Part shown: positions 46,701-54,276 of the stretch, in pieces
How positions within the stretch are numbered: position 1 is the first letter of the stretch
Layout of the letters: every line of letters begins with the position of its first letter
Source of the DNA: a bacterium
GTDB taxonomy: Bacteria > Patescibacteriota > Microgenomatia > Woykebacterales > RBG-16-39-9b
Direction: 5' to 3'
Length of the DNA stretch: 64,000 nucleotides
Assembly: GCA_030704665.1 (NCBI GenBank)
Contig: JAUYID010000009.1
Span: 662,462 to 726,461, forward strand
The notes under the pieces: model-generated
What the model was told of the DNA's origin: nothing
Seen by the model: the letters and a program-made list of their open reading frames with translations, nothing else
Database searches by the model: none
Position numbers and translations under genes: made by a program

Positions 46701-48239
46701 ATGTTTAAATTTACAAACTCAAAAAAACTTCCTTTATGGGTAAAAAACTCTTATCCGATTGCGCAGCTTTTTTTCTTTTCTATTTCCCCAATACTTTATT
46801 TGTTTTCAAACAACACTGATCAGGCAACTGTAAAAGAACTTGTTTTCCCAATCATTTTGTCCCTTTCTTTTTCGCTTCTTCTTTTTAGAGCCGCTCTTTA
46901 CACTTTGGGGAAAATCAAAGCCGCTCTTTTTGTTAGCCTCTTCAACATTCTCTTTTTTTCCTATGGGCACCTAAAAACCTCGCTTGGTGAGATAAGACTA
47001 ACCCTAAATTTTTCGAAAGATGAAATACTTTTACCTATTTTTGTCCTCACTTTGCTCTCTGCTTTCTTTTTTCTCTGGAAAAGTAAAAAAGCGCTCGCCC
47101 CTTTGGCAAAGCTGATCAGCAATCTCGGTTTACTTCTTATCATCTTTGCACTTTTCAATACCTTTTCTACCTCTCTAAAAAACGGTTTTCCAAAGTGGGA
47201 GGAGAAAGAACCAACCAGTGCCTCAGAACTAAAAACAAGAGTTTCAAACCAACCGGATATTTATTACCTAATTCTTGATGGTTATGCCAATGAAAAAATC
47301 CTAAAAAGTGGTTATAAATTCGATAACGCGAGTTTTTTGGATTCTTTGAGCAATAGAGGTTTTTATATTGCTCATGATAGCCGAAGCAATTACCCACTCA
47401 CTTTGCTGTCGCTGTCAAGCTCGATGAATATGAATTATCTGGACTTTATTGATGATAAAAATCTCACTGATCAGGAAAAAAGGCGTAAAGCTTACTTGGG
47501 AATAAGAAACGGAGAACTGCCAAAATTCTTGAAAGCAATGGGCTACACTTTTCTAGACATCGGTACTGGCTGGGTCGGTACCGACCACAACCAGTATGCC
47601 CACGAAGTTATCAAATATCCGCAAAGAACTGAGTTTATCAAGCTTCTTTTCAGTACCAGTGCTCTTACTTTGATAGAGCGTTACCAAAACGATGCGGCCA
47701 AATCGATTCTCTATGCCTTTGACCAAATCGAAAAGATTTCGAAAAGAAAGGAGAGTACTTTTACTTTTGCTCATATTATTTCTCCGCACCCACCTTATCT
47801 TTTTGACGAAGCAGGAAACATCCTCGCGCAACCAGAAAAAGACATTGGTGTTTTCAAACTTTGGAAGCAAAAGGACAGTTATATCAGTCAGTTAAAGTTT
47901 ATCAACAAAAAAGTTCTGAGCCTGGTTGAGCAGATTTTGAAGAATTCCCCTCAACCTCCACTCATTGTCATTCAGTCCGATCACGGACCCACAACCATGG
48001 ATCAATTTTTTCTGCCCCTAGAAAGCTTGACTGAAGAACAAACAAACGAGCGCTTTGGAATTTTGAACGCTTATTACTTACCCGCCGGCGGCCAAAGGCA
48101 GCTGACCCAAACCATAAGTCCGGTCAATTCATTCCGAAAAATATTGAATTTTTATTTTGGTGGCAACTTCAAAACTTTAGAAGACAAACATTACTTTACC
48201 GGCTACAGTGATTTTCAAGAAGCAGTCAAGTTTGATTGA
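46701..48239 (+). CDS. Membrane-anchored alkaline-phosphatase-superfamily protein, tandem paralog of the preceding gene
   Basis: 512 aa with the same architecture (IYYLILDGYAN, HIISPHPPY) and collinear similarity to 45067..46695. Confidence 0.5.
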   Translation: MFKFTNSKKLPLWVKNSYPIAQLFFFSISPILYLFSNNTDQATVKELVFPIILSLSFSLLLFRAALYTLGKIKAALFVSLFNILFFSYGHLKTSLGEIRLTLNFSKDEILLPIFVLTLLSAFFFLWKSKKALAPLAKLISNLGLLLIIFALFNTFSTSLKNGFPKWEEKEPTSASELKTRVSNQPDIYYLILDGYANEKILKSGYKFDNASFLDSLSNRGFYIAHDSRSNYPLTLLSLSSSMNMNYLDFIDDKNLTDQEKRRKAYLGIRNGELPKFLKAMGYTFLDIGTGWVGTDHNQYAHEVIKYPQRTEFIKLLFSTSALTLIERYQNDAAKSILYAFDQIEKISKRKESTFTFAHIISPHPPYLFDEAGNILAQPEKDIGVFKLWKQKDSYISQLKFINKKVLSLVEQILKNSPQPPLIVIQSDHGPTTMDQFFLPLESLTEEQTNERFGILNAYYLPAGGQRQLTQTISPVNSFRKILNFYFGGNFKTLEDKHYFTGYSDFQEAVKFD

Positions 48240-48241
48240 AG

Positions 48242-50008
48242 TTATTTGACCGTCACACTTTTGGCGAGGTTGCGGGGTTTGTCGGGATCTTTGACTCCTT
48301 TGGCGAGTGCAAGATAATACCCAAGAAGGTGAGAAATAGTGATCTGGGCCAGGATCGTCGCTTCACCGATATCCTCCGTGGGTAGGAAAATATCAAAGAC
48401 CTGGTTGTTTTTCGGGCCAATACCGACGATGAAGCCTCCACGTGCTTTGACCTCTGCTGCATTGGAAACTATTTCTTCGTAAGTTTCATCGTTGGGCGCA
48501 AAGACTAGCAAAGGTGTGCCTTTGTCGATCAGAGCAATGACCCCGTGTTTGAGCTCTCCTCCAGGGAAAGCTTCAGCGTGGGTGTAGCTTCCTTCTTTAA
48601 TCTTCAGAGTCGCCTCAAGAGCAACTGCGTAAGACAAACCTCTTCCAATGATATAAATGTGGTCTTGCTTTTTGAGCGTTTCTGCAAGGTCCTTCACCTT
48701 TTTAATATAACTTGGAGCGAGAATCTCTTTGACATTTTTGGCCGCTTTTTTGAGTAGCTCCTGCCCTTGCTTTTGTTTTTTTGCCAGACTGTAAGCGGTC
48801 AAAAGCAAAACCGCAATCATGGCAGTGAAGCTTTTAGTCGCCACGACTGCTTTTTCAGGACCAGACTCGAGCAGAACTTTGAAATCGGCCATCCGGTAAA
48901 GAGTTGAACCCAAAACGTTGACGATCGCGGCAATTTTCGCGCCTTTTTGCTTTTTCGCCTTGGTGATTGGCTCGATGACATCGATTGACTCTCCTGATTG
49001 GGAAATCGGAATCACCAAAGTTTTTTCGCGCACAAAATCCTCAAGATATTTAAATTCTGAGCCAATTGAAAAATTAACGTGTTTTTTGGCGATTTTGGAA
49101 AAAAGATAAGTCGCCCCAACGGCTGAGTAAGAAGCTGATCCGCAAGCAATCAGAAAAGTTCCAAAAGCCCCCTCAATCAGCTCCGCCAGTTTTTTGGTCT
49201 GCGCTAAACTGTTCAAGGCAACCCGCTCAATTACGGCCGCTTCCTCGTGAATTTCTTTGATAAAGAAGTGCTCATAGTTTCCCTTTTCCGCTTCCTCAAA
49301 TCTCCACGTCAGGGTGGTAAACTCAGGCTCTACCTCTTGACCTTCGGGTAGCTCGAGAAGTTTTAATTCTTCGCCAAGAATGACTAGCTGACCATCCTCC
49401 AAAAAAAGGACTTTCTTGGTGTGCTTCAAAATTCCTGCTGCATCGGAAGCGAGATAATAGCCATCTTCTCCAACCCCAACTACCAGAGGGGAACCATTTT
49501 TGCCAGCAATGATTTCTTTCGAGGCCGCATTGGCAACGACAATCGCGTTCATTCCCTCAAGGCGATTGAAGCTGTCACGTACGGCCGAAGCAAAGCCTTT
49601 CTTTTTGAGATTTTCCTCAATCAAATGAACTGCAACTTCTGTGTCAGTTTCCGAAATAAACTTGTGTCCTTGTTTCAGAAGCTCTTCTTTTATTTCCAAG
49701 AAATTTTCGATAATACCGTTGTGTATCAAAGCCAGCTCTCGACTACAGTCAAAGTGGGGATGGGCGTTTTCAGCAGTAACTCCTCCGTGAGTCGCCCAGC
49801 GGGTGTGTCCTATACCCAAATTACTTTCCGGCAAGATCGTTTCGGCTTGACCAATCTTGCCAACATGCTTTTCCAAAGTGATTTTCTTACCGGTCTTGAC
49901 CGCGATTCCCCAAGAGTCGTAACCACGATATTCAAGTTGTTTCAACCCTTCGAGAACAATTTGAGCTACGTCATTTCTTTTTCCGACGTAACCAAAAATT
50001 CCGCACAT
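48242..50008 (-). CDS. glmS: Glutamine--fructose-6-phosphate aminotransferase (isomerising)
   Basis: 588 aa. N-terminal MCGIFGY amidotransferase Cys and two SIS domains. Confidence 0.95.
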   Translation of the reverse strand: MCGIFGYVGKRNDVAQIVLEGLKQLEYRGYDSWGIAVKTGKKITLEKHVGKIGQAETILPESNLGIGHTRWATHGGVTAENAHPHFDCSRELALIHNGIIENFLEIKEELLKQGHKFISETDTEVAVHLIEENLKKKGFASAVRDSFNRLEGMNAIVVANAASKEIIAGKNGSPLVVGVGEDGYYLASDAAGILKHTKKVLFLEDGQLVILGEELKLLELPEGQEVEPEFTTLTWRFEEAEKGNYEHFFIKEIHEEAAVIERVALNSLAQTKKLAELIEGAFGTFLIACGSASYSAVGATYLFSKIAKKHVNFSIGSEFKYLEDFVREKTLVIPISQSGESIDVIEPITKAKKQKGAKIAAIVNVLGSTLYRMADFKVLLESGPEKAVVATKSFTAMIAVLLLTAYSLAKKQKQGQELLKKAAKNVKEILAPSYIKKVKDLAETLKKQDHIYIIGRGLSYAVALEATLKIKEGSYTHAEAFPGGELKHGVIALIDKGTPLLVFAPNDETYEEIVSNAAEVKARGGFIVGIGPKNNQVFDIFLPTEDIGEATILAQITISHLLGYYLALAKGVKDPDKPRNLAKSVTVK

Positions 50009-50010
50009 TT

Positions 50011-50985
50011 TTAGATTATCTCCATGATGGCTGAGGCTATTTTTTCGGTATCATGACGGATTAAACTTCGTTTTAGGCTGTCCCCAGCTGTTTTTTGCAC
50101 TGGAGAACTAGCTAGCAAGTCTGTGCGGATTATTTTGTAACCGTCATCTTCTAGATCGTCTTTGACGGGCTCGTCCCCTTCCTGCTTGTAACGCTGCAAA
50201 ATTTCCTCTGGCAACTCTTGATTGTTAATGAGAACAAAATCCAGGCAAGGTTTGTCTAAATAGCGTTCGATCTCGGCAACAAATTTTGTTGCGGTCCAAC
50301 CAAAAGTTTGTCCATACTTCGTCATCAAGTTCATCACAAAAATTTTCTTGGCACTAGAACCACAAATTGCCTCTGCTGCCCCTGCCACTAGAAGGTTGGG
50401 AATCAAACTAGTAAAAATGTCTCCTGGACCAAGAATGATCGCGTCAGCTTGCTCTATTGCTTCTGCAGTCGGTGGAAAAACTTTGGCCAGCGGATCAAGG
50501 CTCAGTTGTTTGATCGCAATTTTTCCATCGTGCTCCGGCTCATCAATTTTACCTTCTCCGCGAACAACAGAACCGTCTTCATATTCTGCCACCAAAGTGG
50601 CGTGATCAGTAGTCACGGGCAAAACTTTTCCTTTGACATTGAGAATTTGGCTGGCAACAGCAACTGCTTGATCCATCCCACCACTAACTTCAGCCAAGGC
50701 CGTTAAAAATAGGTTGCCGAAAGAATGTCCCTCCAAGCCTTCTCCCTTTGAGTAGCGGTAGTTGAAAAGCTCTCGCAGAACTGAGGTGTCTTTACTGAGG
50801 GCAACTAGAGCTTGGCGTAGATCCCCCGCCGGAAGCTGCCCAAACTCGTCACGCAGCCTTCCTGAGGAGCCACCTGAATCCATCATTGTCACCACGGCAA
50901 CCAGTTCCGAGGTGTATTTTTTCAGCCCCGTCAAAACCGGAAATGTCCCAGTCCCACCGCCAATGACAACAAGCTTTTTGTCCAT
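50011..50985 (-). CDS. yvcK: YvcK/UPF0052 (CofD-like) family protein
   Basis: 324 aa with the VVIGGGTG ... DSGGSSGRLR signature. Confidence 0.8.
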   Translation of the reverse strand: MDKKLVVIGGGTGTFPVLTGLKKYTSELVAVVTMMDSGGSSGRLRDEFGQLPAGDLRQALVALSKDTSVLRELFNYRYSKGEGLEGHSFGNLFLTALAEVSGGMDQAVAVASQILNVKGKVLPVTTDHATLVAEYEDGSVVRGEGKIDEPEHDGKIAIKQLSLDPLAKVFPPTAEAIEQADAIILGPGDIFTSLIPNLLVAGAAEAICGSSAKKIFVMNLMTKYGQTFGWTATKFVAEIERYLDKPCLDFVLINNQELPEEILQRYKQEGDEPVKDDLEDDGYKIIRTDLLASSPVQKTAGDSLKRSLIRHDTEKIASAIMEII

Positions 50986-51021
50986 GATTGAAAAAGAGTA
51001 TAGTACGAGCTCTGCCTGATA

Positions 51022-51957
51022 TCAACTTGACGGCTCTGCGTTCAGCTTTTTTTGGAAATGATCAATAGTTTTTTGCAAGCCCTCTACTAGGCTGGTTTGT
51101 GCTTCCCAACCAAGAACTTTCTTGATCATCTCGACACTAGCGTAAGTTTCCTGAGCATCCCCTGCTCTCGGGCCAAGATCAGTGATCGGTACTGAATGCC
51201 CGACTAAACTAAAGATTTGCTTGACGAGGTCAATCACTTTTTCGCCACTGCCGGTACCAACATTGAGAGTGTTCATTCCTTCCAGCTCCAAAGCCCGAAC
51301 GTGAGCGACTGCCAAATCCTCGACGTAAATAAAGTCCCGAACTTGCTCTCCTTTCCAGTATAAAGGAATTGGCTCATTTTTAATGGTTTTAACAACAAAA
51401 TTCGGAATGGCGTGTGTCTCCGGCTCGTGATTCTCCCCTGGTCCATAAGGATTGAAATAGCGCAGCAAGGTAGCCTCAAAACCCCAATTGTGGTGGTAGG
51501 CTGCGATCATCTGCTCCATCGCTACCTTCGTCGCGCCGTAAGGATTGGTCGAAAGGCCAATTGGATCGGTTTCTTTGATTGGTAAGTTTTTGATTTCCCC
51601 GTAAACGGTGGCTGAAGAAGAAAAAATTATTTTTGTCACTCTTGCTTGCCGCATCACTTCCAGCAATTTCACGGTCTTAACGATGTTGTTTTCCGTATAC
51701 TCAACCGCCCGCTCAACTGATTCGGGAACAACGATGTAATTCGCCAAATGAATAACTGCTTCTTGCCCAGAAAGAACTGCGCTCATTTTTTCGCTGTCCG
51801 CAATATCAGCTTCAACAAATTTCGCTTTTGGATTTATTCCTTCTGGAAAGCTCCGGGAAAGATTGTCAACAATTGTAACTTCGTGACCAGCTTCAATTAG
51901 CTTGTCGGCAACATGTCTACCTATAAATCCGGCGCCCCCGGTCACGACTACTTTCAT
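51022..51957 (-). CDS. UDP-glucose 4-epimerase-family NAD-dependent epimerase
   Basis: 311 aa. VVVTGGAGFIGRH and a YGATK catalytic region. Confidence 0.75.
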   Translation of the reverse strand: MKVVVTGGAGFIGRHVADKLIEAGHEVTIVDNLSRSFPEGINPKAKFVEADIADSEKMSAVLSGQEAVIHLANYIVVPESVERAVEYTENNIVKTVKLLEVMRQARVTKIIFSSSATVYGEIKNLPIKETDPIGLSTNPYGATKVAMEQMIAAYHHNWGFEATLLRYFNPYGPGENHEPETHAIPNFVVKTIKNEPIPLYWKGEQVRDFIYVEDLAVAHVRALELEGMNTLNVGTGSGEKVIDLVKQIFSLVGHSVPITDLGPRAGDAQETYASVEMIKKVLGWEAQTSLVEGLQKTIDHFQKKLNAEPSS

Positions 51958-52099
51958 TTAGTGACTCCACTTCCTTTCAAGAGTTCTTCAACTTTAAAAC
52001 CTTTATCCAGCTTTGCGCTTATGCTCCGCATAATCTTAAATCCGGCTCCTACAGTTACTAAAAACCTCAACGAGGAATCCTCCTTTTCTAATTAATAAA

Positions 52100-52147
52100 A
52101 CCCTAACCCCTAACCCCTAACCCCTAACCCCTAACCCCTAACCCCTT
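52100..52147. repeat. Tandem heptamer repeat (CCCCTAA)n of about 6.5 units; TTAGGGG on the minus (coding) strand
   Basis: Direct reading: ccctaa cccctaa cccctaa cccctaa cccctaa cccctaa cccctt. It overlaps the last codons and stop of the GT2 gene and lies about 165 bp upstream of the GalE-like start. Confidence 0.9.
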
Positions 52148-52873
52148 CAATTTTAACCTTCGGTCGCGCAGTTTAAAGGCGGTCCAAACAAACTCTATTA
52201 TATCCCCTGGGCCAATTTTGGTATGCCCTATCTTTCTTTCGACAAACTCCACCGGAACTTCTTTGATCTTTCCGCCTCCCACAAAAGCTTCAAAAAGTAA
52301 GCTCATTTGAAAAGAATAGCCTTTGACGTGAAGCTTGGTGAGATCGATTTTTTTGAGCAACTCAACTCTGATTGCGCGGAAACCGGCCGTACAATCCGCC
52401 ACGTCATCGATGCCAGCGATATAACGGGCAAAACGGTTGCCCCAACGGCTGTTGGCTTTTCGTAACAAACTCCAACCCTCTGGTATCTTACCTCCGGGGA
52501 CGTAACGACTACCAATGACAAAGTCAGCCCCAGAATCAATTTCAGCAATCAGTCGCGGTAAATCCTCTGGCTTGTGGGAAAGATCGGCATCCATCTCGAC
52601 GACGATCTCTGCCTCTAACTTTTCCATTGCGTAGCGCATTCCGCGAATATAGGCTGCTCCAAGGCCTTGTTTTTCACCGCTAACCAAATGAAGGTTTTTG
52701 TGAGTTTTAATTAGTTCGCCGACTGCCTGCGCTGTTCCATCCGGAGAGTTGTCGTCAACCACCAGTATTTGCAGGTCGTGATTAATTCTATTTCTTTGCT
52801 CCGCGAGCAATGGAATAAGTTTTTGGATGTTTTCGCGCTCACGGTAAGTGGGGATGATGACAACAATTTTCAC
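52124..52873 (-). CDS. Polyprenol-phosphate glycosyltransferase, GT2 family (DPM1-like)
   Basis: 249 aa. IIPTYRERENI ... VVDDNSPDGT ... EMDADLSH (DxD) motifs. The C-terminal GLGVRG residues are encoded by the heptamer repeat. Confidence 0.8.
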   Translation of the reverse strand: MKIVVIIPTYRERENIQKLIPLLAEQRNRINHDLQILVVDDNSPDGTAQAVGELIKTHKNLHLVSGEKQGLGAAYIRGMRYAMEKLEAEIVVEMDADLSHKPEDLPRLIAEIDSGADFVIGSRYVPGGKIPEGWSLLRKANSRWGNRFARYIAGIDDVADCTAGFRAIRVELLKKIDLTKLHVKGYSFQMSLLFEAFVGGGKIKEVPVEFVERKIGHTKIGPGDIIEFVWTAFKLRDRRLKLKGLGVRG

Positions 52874-52904
52874 TAAAATAGGATATCTTTAAAAAGAAAG
52901 TCTG

Positions 52905-54116
52905 TCAAAAACTTGGAGCAGAAAGGGTCGAGACTTCTGATTTTTGACCGGTACTTAAGTTAATAATTACAATAGTTTTTTCTCCTGTAAAACTACCGTC
53001 TGTCACACACTCACCTGAATTGCATTCTCTCAACTTTAAAGTAACCAAAATATTATCATTTACCCAAGCGGGAGTAGCTAAATGCTTCCCTAAACTTTTG
53101 TCTATCTTGCTGTTCAAATTAAATAGACCAACACTCGAATCGGAAGCTTCTGATTCATTAACGGCATAACCTTTGCTGTGAGCAAGGTTTTTACCGTCAG
53201 GGGAAACCGAAGGGCTAGACCAATCTTTTTCAGAACTGATTTTCTCGTCAGTCTTTGAAGCAAGGTCGTAAATATGCATTCCCTCAGAAATCTCCTTGTA
53301 AACAAAGCTAGTGTTTGATACCCAAACTGGCAAAGTCACGTCTCCCTTTATACTAGCTACCTTCGCTCCATTGGTGTCAAAGACTAATATTTTTTCATCA
53401 GTACTGTAGAAAGTGTCAACTATAAGGACCTTATTTGTGTCTGGAGAAAATTTGGCCGAAAAAGCATCGTCTTGTGAAGCTCCCCTACCAACAGAAGCCT
53501 TTTCATAAAGCACTTTGTCTTGATCGGTGGTTAAATCAAAAAGATGTACCGTCACTTTGTCGGAAAAATAGTTAAAAAGTAGTTTTTTATAATCTTTTGT
53601 GATGTCAGTTAGATAAATAGGCTTTTTAAATTTTTTATCTTGGCTAAGAGAAAATTTATTTCCCTTGAAAACCCCTTGCCAAAGCTCACTGCCACTGCCT
53701 TTCTCTTTAACAAAAACAAATGTCGTCTGGGTAAGGAAAGTAGGATTCCGATAAAGAAGGTCGTTTGATCCATCTTTGGTTATCTGAGTTTTCTTTTTAC
53801 TGACAACATCAAGTACCCAAATATTGTTCTTGTCCACAAAACCAACTTTTGTAATCGTCTCGCTCTGAGCGTCTTTGTCCTTTGAAGTTTGCTTTGAACT
53901 GGAAGAAGCTTGTTTGGTGGTATCAGTCTTCGGATTTTTGTTGCTGGTTTTATTCAGTACTAAGTAACCGCCTGCTCCTAAAAGCGCGACTATTACTAAA
54001 ACCCCGAGAGCCAAAAAAAGTTTGTTAATGCCTTTTGTTGGATTTGTTAAGTTTATTTCTTGTTTGGGAAATTCAGCGGGTTTCTGGTTGTCTACTGGGT
54101 TTGATTCATCGGGCAT
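52905..54116 (-). CDS. Membrane-anchored beta-propeller (TolB/PD40-like) protein
   Basis: Single N-terminal TM, a Ser/Thr/Lys-rich linker, then a beta-rich region with FSPDTNKVL / SVSPDGKNLAH PD40-like repeats. The first ATG is at 54116; the track ORF starts at a TTG at 54152. Confidence 0.4.
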   Translation of the reverse strand: MPDESNPVDNQKPAEFPKQEINLTNPTKGINKLFLALGVLVIVALLGAGGYLVLNKTSNKNPKTDTTKQASSSSKQTSKDKDAQSETITKVGFVDKNNIWVLDVVSKKKTQITKDGSNDLLYRNPTFLTQTTFVFVKEKGSGSELWQGVFKGNKFSLSQDKKFKKPIYLTDITKDYKKLLFNYFSDKVTVHLFDLTTDQDKVLYEKASVGRGASQDDAFSAKFSPDTNKVLIVDTFYSTDEKILVFDTNGAKVASIKGDVTLPVWVSNTSFVYKEISEGMHIYDLASKTDEKISSEKDWSSPSVSPDGKNLAHSKGYAVNESEASDSSVGLFNLNSKIDKSLGKHLATPAWVNDNILVTLKLRECNSGECVTDGSFTGEKTIVIINLSTGQKSEVSTLSAPSF

Positions 54117-54150
54117 TGTTCTAATTATAGGTTGCCGGAAATTGCTTGTC

Positions 54151-54178
54151 AAAAAAAGACCCCGCCTTGCAGCGGGGT
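54151..54178 (-). terminator. Intrinsic-terminator-like hairpin read on the minus strand (ACCCCGC-tgcaag-GCGGGGT, then T7)
   Basis: 7-bp GC-rich stem with a 6-nt loop and a U-run on the minus strand. It abuts the alternative TTG start (54152) and lies 35 bp upstream of the first ATG (54116) of the minus-strand gene. Confidence 0.4.
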
Positions 54179-54185
54179 TAGGGTA

Positions 54186-54220
54186 ACACCCGCTGACATA
54201 TTAGCAGGGGTGTTTTTTTT
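54186..54220 (+). terminator. Intrinsic-terminator-like hairpin read on the plus strand (ACACCCgCTG...CAGgGGGTGT, then T8)
   Basis: Stem-loop then TTTTTTTT, about 55 bp upstream of secA. No plus-strand gene lies upstream of it. Confidence 0.4.
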
Positions 54221-54276
54221 GTCAACCCTTTACTTTCGACCTCTAGTTTATTATAACTAGTCTTTTTTGAGGACAG

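Noticed and set aside
52100-52147. CRISPR array, or a genuine chromosome end (telomere)
   Set aside because: Repeat units of 7 nt with no spacers rule out CRISPR. The tract is internal to the contig with genes on both sides, so it is not a terminal telomere.
54117-54152. TTG-initiated 12-codon N-terminal extension of the TolB-like gene
   Set aside because: The first ATG at 54116 gives a normal N-region/TM topology. The TTG abuts a terminator-like hairpin.
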